From Hydrolagus colliei (taxonomy: Eukaryota), in NCBI GenBank assembly GCA_035084275.1, contig CM068762.1:11036001-11100000 (forward strand): a stretch of DNA of 64,000 bases, given 5' to 3'. Made by a program: the position numbers and the translations under genes. How positions within the stretch are numbered: position 1 is the stretch's first letter; the number at the start of each line of letters is the position of its first letter. Shown piece by piece: positions 13,801 through 26,176 of the stretch. The notes beneath the pieces are model-generated. The model did not search any database. It was not told the DNA's origin and saw only the letters and a program-made list of their open reading frames with translations.

Positions 13801-16800
13801 AAACTACAATACATAAATCCAGCCATAAACTCTGCGAGCGGCTTTTAAGATGAAGCAAGGCTTGTTGTTTTTCAAGCAAAGCTGATGTACGTGGCTCAAG
13901 AAACAGACTCACCGTTGCATTTCCAACGTGGTTTGAGGATTTCCGCAAGAGATCTCGGTTTGCGGAAACCAAGGAAAAAACTCCTGATTCTCCCAATAAT
14001 TTGACCCAAATTCCCGGTCATCTCTACTAACTTGTTCGCTGTCGTTCTGGCGGAGGGCAACAAGCAACTTGGTCTGTGTAAACGCGCAGGAGACCAAGAA
14101 AGCAGGAAGATAGCACTGTGGTGTGGTATGCAGTGTGTACTGTCAGTATTTAGATGTCACTTTAGCTCCCAAATTCTCAATTAACAAAACTTCATCCTCA
14201 AAACTATTGCGCTTGCTTACCATTGCTGTTTCCCAACCGTGTGCAAGTCTACATCTGTCTGAGTGTGAGCGTGTATATGCATCTATGTCTCCGTGCGTGT
14301 TTCTGTGCGCTTGTGTGGGTCTGTACATTTATTTGGATTCTGTGTTTGTGTGTATGCGATAATAATGCCTGCATTGGATGCGACGCCTTATCTCATCGTT
14401 GAGACGTCTCAAAGCGCAGAGCAGCGTCCAGCAAACAGCCGTGGATTGAATAACCGCGGATTGAATAATGATCAGCCCAGGAAAGCAATCCGCCAACCGA
14501 CTACAAACTAGGAAAGTCGCTCGAGATTCTCGCCCTGTTCAGGAACCAAGCCCGTGTCCACTTTGCTTGCAAGGTGAGCGCGCTAACCACTACACTACTC
14601 CGGACTCCACTTACTGTATATTACTTGGTGCGTGTCTATATCGGTGACTTAACTTTGTTCAAATGTTAACACACTTGCACATCGCAGTGGTACACACTCA
14701 CACTAGAAGCCAGTGAACGGTGTAGTGGTGAGTCCACAACCCACCCCACAATACAAAATACCGCAAACTGGATATGCACACTTCTTTACTGCGTATGAGC
14801 ATTTTGGATGTAGCAAACTGGATGGAAAGTTCTGGGACAGTCACCATGATTATTTCCATGGGAGCCTGCAGTCGTGAATCCACAACACGCAGCCCCTTAA
14901 ATGACCTCTCCTCTCCTCGTCACCCGAGGACACGCAAAGTCATCCCACAACTAAAAATGAAACAGGACCCAGAGACATTGCAATTAGCTGCTGACGATTG
15001 GCAGTGTCAATTGTGACAAATGAGGAAAGAGGCGTTTTTGATCCACAAATCCAACACTCTTTAAAAATAAAAGATCCTGGGTGTTCAGGACAACAGGGGA
15101 GTCCTGTAGCTCAGTGGTTAGAGCACTCGCCTCGCAAGCGAGAGACCTGAGTTCAATTCCAGGTGGGTCAGGGCGAAAACTTGGGCAAGTTTCCTGACCC
15201 CACACACACACACACACGTACACACACACGCCTAACAATAACCCCTCAAAAAACACTAACCAACAACAACAAAATGATATATGAAAACAATAATAAATTG
15301 GTCATTTCAATCCATGGCTGTTTGTGGGGGTCCCTGCTGTGCGCAATTGGCTGCCGCGTTTTGCCTACAAACAACCAGTCAATTCACTTTACAGTACATT
15401 CTGTGACGCGCTTTGATACACAGTCTAGAAGATGTGAAAAGCACCATATCAAATTCAAGGATGATTATTAGTGGTACATTTGTAGAGCGCCTTTCACGTC
15501 AGGAGGACGCCCCCGAGGACGGTATGTTCGGATGCAGGTTAAAGGGTTAAACACAGTCTTGGGAACTTTGGACTCGCATCCAGTTTTCCTCCATGTGTAG
15601 CATTCCCAACTCTCCTGGTCCCCAAGTCCCCATATTTCTCTTTTTCCACATCGATGCTGGAAAAGAGATTTGCTCCTACTTTGCATCTTGTAAGATCATT
15701 AAAACCTGGGTTGAACGAGGCGAGCCAGCAATTATTTTTTGGCACTGAATAACAAGAGTACAGTTCAGTCCTAGAGTCTCTAAGCCTTCCCTCCGCTATC
15801 TCACTCACTCACTCACTCTTGCTCTCTCTCTCTCTCTCGTTCTCTGTAGGAGCAGCATAAGGAATTATTTATCCACAACCCCTGGAAAGATACTCAAGAG
15901 TTCAACGGTCATAAAATCATTTCCCAGGTCAAGGAACACATTTGCAGGTGGAGTTGATTAAATATATCAAATATACCTGCCACCGATTTAACGAGTCTGG
16001 AGAGAGATACGCAAAAATCCAAGAACCGAATGAGTCGGTGAAGTAGGTAGGATTTTGACTACATTGAGAATAGAGGCCAGAACGCATTGAAGGAAAGCGC
16101 AGTGTCATTCAGAAATAATAATGATCCTTGCGTTTGATATGACACCTATCAAATGTTATCTCACAAATATACAGTCAATTGGCTTTTCAGTCTATTCTGT
16201 GAAGCGCTTGGAGAGATGAAAAGCGTTATATCAAATGCAAGGATTAATATTATCTTTATTAATATAATGATATTTCACAGCGTAGAATCGAGCCATACGA
16301 ACCAGCAATGTCTCTCCCTTTATCTCTGTTCCGTGCCAATGTAGTTGATTTTCACCAAGGCTGTGATGGTGTTACAGTACTACGATTTGCCCCTGAGCTA
16401 GTGAGGGGCAAAGTAAACCAGTCACAGTGCTTTGGCTCCTGCTTACCTACCTATTTCAAACCCTCCACAAATTCCAGACACAAATCTAAGGGGTCGAGTA
16501 CATGCACAGAGGGGCAGAACTCCCCCCCCCTCTCCTCTCCCCCCCACCCCCCACCCCACTCTCCCACAACCCTCTTTCCTCAGTCGCTAACCACGCAACA
16601 ATAGGAATTAAACAAAGGCACATTTCTTTCTCTCTTCTCTACAGAGGCACTGGAAAAGGTGCCCTCGGACTCCGGAAATCCCACCGCTTGGGAGTCCTGG
16701 GCATTGAAATATGCGAGACCCTGGCCAAGCGAGGGGGAATGCAGCACACCGCGCTGAGACGCTGCAGTCTTGCAGCAGATGTGCGAGGCGTGGGAGGCTC

Positions 16801-17759
16801 CACAAATCAAGTCTGCGCAAACAGACACTCCACATGTGGCTCATCAACATGACACTGTTGCTCTTCTCAACAGCGGAGTCTTTGCTGAGGATTGAACATC
16901 CTGTGTTTTCCTCCCTCTCGTTTCTTCCCCCCCCCCCCCACAATTCTTTCCCTCCATTCCCCTCCCCCCCCCCCCCCAGACACCCCCACCCGCTCACTCC
17001 CCCAGCACCACCCCCTGCTAAACCTGAGATATTTTCCTTCCTCTTAAGTATCCACACCAGAGTGAGCAGCGGTAAGAGAGATGAGAGCTGTCCAGGGTGT
17101 CTACAAAGTCCTCTTACATCACCAGCCCCCCTCCCCACCACCCTCTCCCCCTCCCACACATTTTCCTTACTCCACATGCCTAATAATAATCCCCCCCCAT
17201 CAAAAAAATAAAATAAAAATTAGTCATTTCAATCCACGACTGTTTGTGGGGGGGACGCTGCCGTGCGCAATTGGCTGCCGCGTTTCGCCCGCGAATATAC
17301 CGTCAATTCACTCTACAGTATATTCTGTGAGGCGCTTTGAGACACAGTCTAGAAGACGTGAAAAGTGCTATATCAATATGCAAGGATTATTATTATTTCA
17401 CCTCCTCACTCCATCTGTCCACGTGACGGAAGACGTGGCCGCAAACATGGCGACAGATCATTATCTGCCACGAAAATAAGACTTGCACTGATCCAATGAA
17501 CGTCTACATAGAGTTAAAAGACTTCCACTGAATACAATGATCATCATTCTTTCACAGTTGTTGATCTGTGCGCTGCGGGGAAAAAAAAACCCGGGGGTGG
17601 GGGGGGGGGGGGGGGTGTTTAACAGGACTCAGCGGACATTTCAAGGACAAATAATCGGAGCTCCTGTAGCTCAGTGATTAGAGCACTCGCCTTAGGAGCG
17701 TGAGACCTGTGTTCGAATCCAGGCAGATCAGGGCGAAACCTTGGGCAAGTTTCCTTACT

Positions 17760-17805
<46 letters not shown>

Positions 17806-20800
17806 GCCTAATAATAATCCGTCCCAAAAAAACACAACGATAAAAATTGTTCATTTCAATCCAGGACTGTTTGTGGGACCGCTAGGCGCAATCGGCTGCC
17901 GCATTTCGCCCACAGATATACAGTCAATTCACTTTACAGTATATTCTGTGAAGTGCTTTGAGACGTCGAGAAGATGAGAAAAAGCGCTATATCAAATGCA
18001 AGGATTATTGCAACAAAACGGCATCTAGGATTACTGAAGGATTCAGCAAAAGTGCGCTTCACCTTTAATTGCAATATCACATTCATTCCTGGCATTTGTA
18101 CGATTCAGCAAGTGGCACTGTGGTCAATGATGGTGTAGGAGTAGCCAGATTTATGAGAGAATAAACTATTTTACACGGCTCATTAGCAGCACAAAACGAC
18201 TGCCGCATTGTTGAGCGGATTAACTTTCTCACTGTCAAAGCCAACACACAAACACAACAGTGACTTGGACTTTAGACAGGGTCCTTCACATCAAAACTTG
18301 TCACAGAGACAATAATGATACCAATAATAATAATCCTTACATTTGATATAGCGTTTTTCGAATCTTCTAGACCTCTCTAAGTGCTTCACAGGATATACTG
18401 TAAAGTGAATTGACTGTATATTTGTGGGCGAAACGCAGCAGCCAATTGCGCACAGCAGCGTCCCCCACAAACAGACGTGGATTGAAGTGACCAATTTATT
18501 ATAGGTCTTTTTTGGAGGCTTTATTATAAGGCGTGTGGAATAAGGAAACTTGCTCAAGGTTTCACCCTGACCTGCCTGGATTCAAACACAATTTATAAGG
18601 CGAGTGCTCTAACCACTGAGCTACAGGACTCCATAATAAAATAGTCATCTTTGGTTCGTTTCACCCACATATATAGAGAGACAATTCACTTTACAGTATA
18701 TCCTGTGAAGTACTTTGAGATATCTCGAAGATGTGATAAGGCACTATATTGAATTTAAGGATTATTATTGGTAGTACTGTAGCATTGTGTGAAATACAGC
18801 AAAATTAGTTTTGTCGCATTTTGCGCTCGTCCCTCTCTGGTTCAAGTAATTAATTTTACTGCTGCATTTTATGTTTTCAATTTTCACGAAGATACTCAGC
18901 GAAACAAGTCGACCGAAACATAAATTTACGCCTCGAAGATACAAGAAAGGATCATTAAACCTAGTGAGCACTTACGCTGTATCTAGCCAGCTACTCATCC
19001 ATATCTCAGCAAAGTCTTTAAATATACTTATACACGAGAAGCAATTGCCTGCATTGCTAGTCCTTGCCCAGCTATAAATCACAGCAGAAGTTCCAAACAA
19101 CTACTAGTGTTTAACTATGGCCAACAGTGTTCCCTGTACTTATCTCGTTCGTGGAGTCCCATTGCACAGTGTTTAGCCCACTTGTCTCGCAAGTGAGAGG
19201 AGCCGGTTCGATTCTTGGGCAGGATTAGGCGACATTAGGCAAGTTTCCTGATGCCTCCACATGCCTCTGTTTACCTAGCAGTAAGTAGGAACTCATTTGT
19301 TAGTCAATTGGATTATTATTGTTATTATTATTATTATACAAACTCCCCTTCTTTCTGCTCCAACACACCTGAAACCTCAGCCTCGTGGTTTCCTTCTGAA
19401 TAGAAATGAAGGAGGAATAAAGCTTTGCAAAATTCTCAACTCATGTAAGTTAAAAAAAAATCTAAGATTTGGATTAAAAAATACACACGCACAATTAGTA
19501 TGGAAAAGTGAATTCCCGAACATAAATTGAACGCGGCAATTTTCATATGCTGACGTTTGAGATTTTACTGATATGCAATTGTGTGTCAATCAATATTGCC
19601 AAGTGATCATTCACGTCAGATCTAATCCACTATATTTGGAGCTCAGTGGTTAGAGCACTTGCCTGACAAGTGAGGGACCTGGGTTCAATTCCTGGCCAGG
19701 GTGAAAGTCGGGCACGTTTCCTTACTCCACACACACACCTGATAACAATCCTTTCCCCTCAAAAAAATACATTGGTCCTTTCAATCCACGACTGTTTGCG
19801 CTACACTACTGTGGCGCAATTGGCTACCGCGTTTCGCCCACATATACACAGTCAATTCACTTTACAGTATATTCTGTGAAGCGCTTTGAGACACAGTCTA
19901 GAAGACATGAAAAAGCGCGATGTCAAACGCAGGGATTATTATTATTTGTAAACGACACGGGTGCAACCGAACGGAGGCTGTGGTTTCTCTCACTCGCTCA
20001 CAAGTGCGGGGCAGAGTGACAAATGGAAAAAAACTACAGAGACTTCCAGGACCGTGAGTCACACGCACTGATGATGTTGCTTTGTGGCTTCCCGCCACTG
20101 TTGGTCCAGCCGTCTTACGGCACGATAAAATATCACGAGATAAACACACTTGATTGAGTGCTCTTAACTGCCAAATGTAAAGAGGTGAAACCACAGGGTA
20201 AATAGCCCTCGCAAGCTTCATTCATTAGCATCCAAATTTCCAAAGGGTTGTGTTAAACTATTGTACCGTTGACTTCCTTGTTTTTTGGAACACGGCTAAC
20301 GTTTCGCTCATAAAAAATATATACACTTAATGCAGTGCGGAGCTCCTCTAGCTCGATGGTTAGAGCGCCAGCCTCACAAGCCTGAGACCTGTGTTTCGAA
20401 TCCAGGCAGATCAGGGCGAAACCTTGGGCAAGTTTCCTTACTCCACACACACACACACACACACACACCTAATAATAATCCCCCCCCCCCCCAAGAAACA
20501 CAATAATAGAAATTGGTCATTTCAATCCACGACTGTTTGTGTGGACGCTGCTGTGCGCAATTGGCTGCCGCGTTTCGCCCATTATTCGTCATTATTATTA
20601 TTCTTCTTATTAATATTCTTCCCAAATGTGGTTCACAAAGAATTTTTACTTCTTTTGCTCCAGCTGACGTACGCAGTCTTCCCTTCCACCATCAGTGTCT
20701 GCACTTTTTTGAACAGTCTCTCGTTGCCTCTCTGACTTGCATGAATCAGTATTCACACAAACCCAAGCAACGTTTCCCTTGTGTGACTGCCTCTCCCAGT

Positions 20801-22782
20801 TAGATACATTTCCTAAGTCGTGCCAACGATGGCACCCTAGCTCATTCCAATTTCCAATACTAACTTTCCTTCCCCCAAACTTGTTTCGAGAGAGTATTCT
20901 AACTCCCAAACTGCCAAACTGAGACAGACACTGTGAAATAGAAAAGTGGCACTCTGTCATAATGCGTTGGGGAGAGCTGTATTGTCGGAGAGATTGTCTT
21001 CTGAATGGTTTGTTAAACCAAAGTCCTGTCTCACTGTTCATTAATAGGAATAATAGCAATAATAATCCTTGAGTTTGATATAGCGCTTTTCACGTCTTAT
21101 CGACGTCTGAAAGCGAAAGGGGACGAAAGGGGATTCACGCCAAATGTCCTGGCCAAAGTGAATTGACTGTCTATTGTGGGCGAAACACTATATCACTAAA
21201 GGCACTATATCACGCGCAGGGATTATTATTGCTGATGCTGTTCCCGGCTGGCGTGAACGCACGGAGGCAGCTCTCTGCTCGTGTTATTATCTCCGACCTA
21301 CACTCCGTGCATCTGAAGGAAAGCCACCTTGAGCTTGGACATCGGTGAACAGCACCATTCCTCATCAGTCATGTTCTCCTCTGTTTGACACTGTCGCAGG
21401 CAAGATGAATTGGTTCCACTGCTACAGGAACACCAGGAGGAGGCCATTCAGCCCCTCAAGCCTGTCCTGCCGTTCTATCAGATCACGGCTGATCTGTACC
21501 TCAAGTCCAGTGACCTACCTGCCCTTGCCCCGTATCCCTTAATACCCTGACCTATCCCCCCCGCTGTGGGACGCTGCTGTGTGCAACTGGCTGCCGCGTT
21601 TTGCCCACAAAATACATAGTCACTCCACTTTCCACAACACCATATCCCGCGACGAGATTTGAGATGTCTCGAAGGTGTGATAAGGTGTTATATTGAATGC
21701 AACAATTATTATTATTATTATTAATAACACAGCAGATCGCATTATGTGAAGTGTTGTAGCTGAGTGGTGAGAGAGCATTTGTCTTCCAGGCGAGAGATCT
21801 GGGTTCGATTCCAGGTCAGGGCGAAAGAAACCCTGGGCAAGTTTCCTTACTCCACACGCCTGATAACAATCACTCCACACAAAAAACACTGTAATAAATC
21901 GGTCGCTTCAATCCACGAGTGTTTGTGGGGGGGACGCTACTGCGGCAGCTCGCCCTCAAATATACAGTCAAGTAACTTCACAGTATGTTCTGCGAAGCGC
22001 TTCGAGACGTCCAGAAGACGTGACAAGCACTACATCGAATGCAAGAATTATTATACAGTTCATCATTATTNNNNNNNNNNNNNNNNNNNNNNNNNNNNNN
22101 NNNNNNNNNNNNNNNNNNNNNNNNNNNNNNNNNNNNNNNNNNNNNNNNNNNNNNNNNNNNNNNNNNNNNNNNNNNNNNNNNNNNNNNNNNNNNNNNNNCC
22201 AGCGCAGTACAAACACAAATGCAGTGTTCGATACTCACTCTGACACCTGACAGCCTCTCTGCACATGTTGATTCTCTGTCCGCACACATCACACCAGTTG
22301 TACACCGCGCAGGGAGAGAAGCTGTGTCCCTCTCCCTTCTCCTCGGGTACCCTGGGGTCTTCCTGTGGCTGTGGCTGCGGCTGATGATGTTGTGGCTGAT
22401 GATGTTGTGGTTGATGCTGTTGCTGCAGGAAGATGGTCCTCACGTCTCTGGGTCTGTGCCCTCCCTGCTTGACCCTGACGCGGCTGCCAGGCCGGCCGGG
22501 CAGACCGGTGGCGACGAGGGACGAGCCGTTGCTTTTGCCCAACCACACGCACTGCAAGATGATGCCGCCGCCTCCGCCGTTGGCGTTGGAGACGGGGACG
22601 GAGGAGAGCGGCTCGGGCGGCTTCGTCGTCTTGTCCGGGCGTCTGTGGGGGTCGGGGTCGGGGTCGGGGTCGGGGTGGGGCTGGCGGCTCGGCGGCTGTG
22701 GTTGTTGGCGTCCCAGTGGCTCCACGAAGATGTGCAAACTGCGCTGCCGATCTGTCCCATTGGTCGCCGCAGTCTTGGGCAT
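1726..22782 (-). CDS. RASSF5: Ras association domain family member 5 (NORE1A-type long isoform), 5' part only: exon 1 (22239-22782) and exon 2 (1726-1847); RA and SARAH exons lie beyond the left edge
   Basis: Exon 1 encodes RPRDVRTIF...[15 protein letters not shown], matching recalled human RASSF5 RPRDVRSIF..QDPRVPAERGEGHCF. Phase-1 splicing to exon 2 rebuilds a full C1 zinc finger, H-x10-C-x2-C-x12-C-x2-C-x4-H-x2-C-x7-C (…VRCQ|[18 protein letters not shown]). Splice sites are canonical GT/AG. Confidence 0.85.
1990..2330 (-). mobile_element. tRNA-derived SINE copy
   Basis: Same head, body and tail motifs. Confidence 0.8.
3430..3446 (-). promoter_or_regulatory. Candidate CTCF-binding motif
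   Basis: Minus strand TGGCCACTAGATGGCA fits the CTCF core CCASYAGRKGGCR; motif match only. Confidence 0.45.
3459..3650. mobile_element. Inverted Penelope-like terminal repeat remnant with a hammerhead-like core
   Basis: Arms 3459-3509 and 3533-3583 (…GATGCTGCCTGACCTGCTGA); CTGACGA…GAAACGTT in the centre. Confidence 0.6.
5246..5590 (+). mobile_element. tRNA-derived SINE, full length, tail-to-tail with an antisense partial copy at ~5590-5810
   Basis: GTAGCTCAGTGGTCAGAGCAC…GGTTCGATTCC…(TTA)n. Confidence 0.85.
6272..6583 (-). mobile_element. tRNA-derived SINE copy
   Basis: Family motifs on the minus strand. Confidence 0.85.
7272..7557 (-). mobile_element. tRNA-derived SINE copy with internal deletions
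   Basis: Family motifs on the minus strand. Confidence 0.8.
9135..9487 (-). mobile_element. tRNA-derived SINE copy with a rearranged tail
   Basis: Family motifs; tail interrupted by fold-back duplications. Confidence 0.8.
9965..10165 (-). mobile_element. L2-type LINE, ORF2 C-terminus/3' fragment
   Basis: Frameshifted GGRAFS…LWNSVP…[10 protein letters not shown] motif typical of the L2 ORF2 end. Confidence 0.75.
10525..10716. mobile_element. Tigger/pogo-like MITE
   Basis: TA|CAATAAAAG … CTTTTATTG|TA; internally homologous to 35788-35979. Confidence 0.7.
10717..11045 (-). mobile_element. CR1-type LINE ORF2 fragment, degenerate
   Basis: Minus strand reads, with frameshifts, [22 protein letters not shown]…SFYK…[10 protein letters not shown]…[12 protein letters not shown], the CR1 region between endonuclease and RT. 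Confidence 0.75.
13402..13730 (+). mobile_element. tRNA-derived SINE, full length
   Basis: GGGAGTCCTGTAGCTCAGTGGTTAGAGCAC…GGTTCAATTCC…(TTA)n. Confidence 0.9.
15097..15470 (+). mobile_element. tRNA-derived SINE, full length
   Basis: Family motifs. Confidence 0.88.
17657..18009 (+). mobile_element. tRNA-derived SINE with an internal (CA)n expansion at 17761-17803
   Basis: Family motifs plus CA microsatellite. Confidence 0.88.
18323..18632 (-). mobile_element. tRNA-derived SINE copy
   Basis: Family motifs on the minus strand. Confidence 0.88.
19152..19312 (+). mobile_element. Diverged SINE with a related tRNA head but a different body (GCCTCTGTTTACCTAGCAGTAAGTAGG)
   Basis: A/B boxes (GGTTCGATTC) and GGCAAGTTTCCT…CTCCACATGCCT are shared; the sequence then diverges. 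Confidence 0.6.
19638..19945 (+). mobile_element. tRNA-derived SINE copy
   Basis: Family motifs. Confidence 0.82.
20339..20580 (+). mobile_element. tRNA-derived SINE, 3'-truncated
   Basis: Head and body present, no tail. Confidence 0.8.
21420..21555 (-). mobile_element. CR1-type LINE 3' end
   Basis: AGGCCATTCAGCCCCTCAAGCCTG…GATCACGGCTGATCT is the reverse complement of a typical CR1 3' UTR. Confidence 0.65.
22071..22198. other. Assembly gap (N run)
   Basis: 128 N. Confidence 1.
22239..22782 (-). CDS. RASSF5: RASSF5 coding exon 1 (Pro/Gln-rich N-terminus and first half of C1 domain)
   Basis: ATG at 22782-22780; 544 nt open frame; donor CAGA|GTGAGT at 22238; CpG-rich. Confidence 0.85.
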
Positions 22783-22879
22783 TGTCTCCCTATCTCTCGC
22801 TCGCTGACTGATAATAATGAACTAGGAATTATTATTAAGAGAGACAGTCGCTGGCGTTTCCGCACTCGCACCCAATACA

Positions 22880-23412
22880 GTCTCCTCTCTCCCTTTCTCT
22901 CTCTCTCTCTCTCTCTCTTTCCTCCCTTTCTCTCCCTCCTCTCCTGCCCTTTCTTTCTCCCCCACCACCCCCACCTTCTGTATTCTCACTCTCACTCTCC
23001 TGTCTTTATCACGCACCTCTCTCCTCTCTTTCTCTCTTCCTCCTTTCGTTTTCTCTCTCTCTCTCTCTCTCCTTCTCTGTCTCTTTCCCTGTCTCTAACC
23101 CCCCCACCCCCCCACACACCCACCACCTCTCACCCCCTTCTCTCTCTCTTCCTCTTACCTTTCTCCCTATTTTTCTCTCCCTCCTCTCTCTATCATTCTT
23201 CCCCTCCTCTCTGCCTCTACCCCCCTTGTCCTCTGTCTATCCCTCCTCTCCTCTGTCTATCCCTCCTCTCTGTCTCTGTTCTCTATCTCTCTCCCTCTCT
23301 ATCCCTCCTCTGTCTCCCTCCTCTCCTCTGTGTCTCTCTCCCTCCTCTCCTCTCCTTTCTCTATATCTCTCCCTCTCCTCTCTCTCTCTGTCTCTCTCTC
23401 CCTCCTCTGTTT
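22880..23412. repeat. ~530-bp low-complexity CT/GA tract upstream of the RASSF5 ATG
   Basis: Almost exclusively C/T on the + strand. Confidence 0.9.
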
Positions 23413-23702
23413 GCTGGTTTGCTGCTGGTCTAGAGGCTTTTTGACAGCTCCAAACCAAACAAGCCTGTGTGTGTATCCTCTGTGGGAGGAGTAGAGTCAA
23501 ATGCAAAATAAAGGGTTTCTTCCAGTGTCAAATAAAAGGGCTTCCCCTTTCATTCACCCCCCCCCCCCCCTCCACCCTCTCTCTTCACATGTTCTCAACT
23601 GGCTGAGGAAACTCCCCGTTCGCTCCTCTCTCAAAATAAGAATAAGAATCCTTGCCTTTGGATTTGGCGCTCGTCACGTCTTCCAACTCGACTGCGTCTC
23701 AA

Positions 23703-24068
23703 AGCTCCCGTGGCTCGGTGGTTAGGGCGCTTGTCTTGCGAGTTGGGGAGACCCAGCCGGGGAGGGAGACCGGTGTTTCGAATCCAGGCAGGTCAGGGCG
23801 AAACCTTGGGCGAGTTTCCTTACTCCACACACACACACACACACACACACGCCTGATAATAATCCCTCCAAAATAGAACGCAATAATAAAATGGGTCATT
23901 TCAACCCACGACTGTGTGCGGGGGGGGACGGACGCTGCTGTGCGCAATCGGCTGCCGCGATTCGCCCACAAATACGTACAGTCAATTCACTTTACAGTAC
24001 ATTCCGCGAAGCGCTTTGGGAAGTCGATAAGATGTGAAAAGCGTGATATTAAATGCAAGGATTATTGT
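23703..24068 (+). mobile_element. tRNA-derived SINE with a duplicated GGGGAGACC segment in the head; antisense copy follows at ~24085-24290
   Basis: Family motifs. Confidence 0.82.
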
Positions 24069-25837
24069 AATAATATTATTATTACTGTAAAGTCAATTGA
24101 CTGTATATTTTGTGGGCGAAACGCAGCAGCCAATTGCGCACAGCAGTGTCCCAGTGGATTGAAATTTTCTTTGGGGGATTATTACCAGGCATGTGGAGTA
24201 AGGAAACTTGCCCGAGGTTTCGCCCTGCCTGGAATCGTACCCAGGTCTATTTCTTGTAAGGCGAGTGCTCTAACCACTTAGCTCCAGCACTCCACCACGT
24301 CACCAAGACGTCTCGTGGCTGGATTGACTGTATAATTTGTGTGCGAAGCCAGTTTGCGCAACAGGCAGCCATGGAGAACAACAAATAAACATTAAAAAAT
24401 GCAAATTGAAAGTAAAGAGCTTCTCCGAGTGTCAAAGAAAAGGTTTCCCCTTCCTTCCTCCTCTCTCTTTCTCTCTCTGCTCGCTTCCTTTCTCTTGCTG
24501 ACTTTTGCCCGCCGTATACACAGTCACTCCACTTTCCAGCATCATCTTTGAAGCGCTTCGAGACGTCTGAACGACGTGATAAGTCGCTGTATCAAATGCA
24601 AGTATTATTATAACGCTGTATTATTATCTCTCTATCTCTTCGCCCCACCTCAACCCACCCTCACCTCCACCCCCCATCCATCCATCCACCTTTCCTCTCA
24701 CTTCTCTTTGTTTTTCACTCTCTCCCTCCCTCCTGGAAATTCCCTCCTTGAATTCCCAGAAAATGCACCACATTCATACATCGTCCCGCACTCGCACGCT
24801 CACACACTAAACACACACCCTCCCCCCCGCCTCTGCGTGGGCGTCTCACGGCAAATCTTTTGTTCACCTTAAACTGTTACACCTTAAACAAGAGCCTACT
24901 TTTTCGTCCATGCCTTCAGCCACCACCACCTTCTCCCCCCACCTCCCCCCACCCCCCTGCCCTCCCGCATCCCAACCCTGCTCCCTTCCTCCCACACGCT
25001 CGGGTCCTGGCTCAGACAAGCAGCTGACACCCCAAAACATCAAAGCAATTTTGCGTCAGCCCCGCTTAATATTTCACGGCGTTGGTCATACTTTGCACAG
25101 GTAGCAGCTGGGAATTGTGAAGCACAAGCGAAGGTTCGAATTGCTTCGCAGTTTTCACTTTTCGTTGTCAGGTGGGTGCGTTCAGCAAAATGTCGATTAG
25201 AATTTCCAGTGTCAAATACACCCCCCCACAAAAAAAAAAGATTATTGTAAACATTTTTCTGAGTCACTACAGAAGAATCGGGCTATTTTGCAAACAATAC
25301 CACAGCTCTGTTGCTTTACTACACTTCAAGACACGGTTACAGGAAAAGATATGAGTCACGTTAAATGAAATGAAAGAAACTTATTTGATGGGTGTTTGGT
25401 GGTGGAGGGGAAATTGTATTGTGATTGTGTTGTATTGACAGTGCAAGTGTATTTTGTGCTGAACTGTGTTGTGAAGACTTCTCTCAAGATTCCTTCCAAA
25501 CTGCCGTCCCATTACCTAGGATCTGCTAAAAACATACAATAGTACTGTAATATCAATCCTTGCAATCGATCTAGTGCTTTTCACGTCTTCAAAGCGCTTC
25601 ACAGAATATACTGTAAAGAGAATTGACTGTATTTTTCTGGGTGTGGACAGCAAACAGCGACTGAGTTAGATTGTAAGAATGAAAATCCCCCCACAAAAGT
25701 TTTATATTGTGTAGAATCACTCTTACATGGGCAGAGAATGTTTATAACACAGGATATCATTTGGTCCACTGTGTCTATGTGGGTGATAGATTCCCCCTAC
25801 CCATTGGAACTTTCCCCCAACCTTATTGAGATATTGT

Positions 25838-26176
25838 GGAGCTCCTGTGGCTCAGTGGTTAGAGCACTTATCTTGCAAGCTGGGGAGACCAAGCTGGGGA
25901 GACCTGTGTTCGAATCCAGGCAGGTCAGGGCGAAACCTTGGGCAAGTTTCCTTACTCCACACACCTAGTAATAATCCCTCCAAAAAAACTACAATAATAA
26001 AATTGGTCATTTCAATTTACGACTGTGTGTGGGACACTGCTGTGCGCAATTGGCTGCCGCAATTCGCCCGCAAATATATACAGTCAATTCACTTTACAGT
26101 ATATTCTGTGAAGCGCTTTGGGACGTTGATAAGATGTGGAAAGCGCTATATCAAATGCAAGGATTATTATTATTAT
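25838..26176 (+). mobile_element. tRNA-derived SINE with duplicated AAGCTGGGGAGACC in the head
   Basis: Family motifs. Confidence 0.88.

Noticed and set aside
16502-17211. Overlapping 116-189 aa ORFs in RASSF5 intron 1
   Set aside because: No recognisable domain; driven by poly-C/G runs, with no consistent splice signals.
22039-23433. 464-aa + strand ORF
   Set aside because: It runs through an N gap, the antisense of RASSF5 exon 1 and a CT low-complexity tract; stop-free only because of composition.
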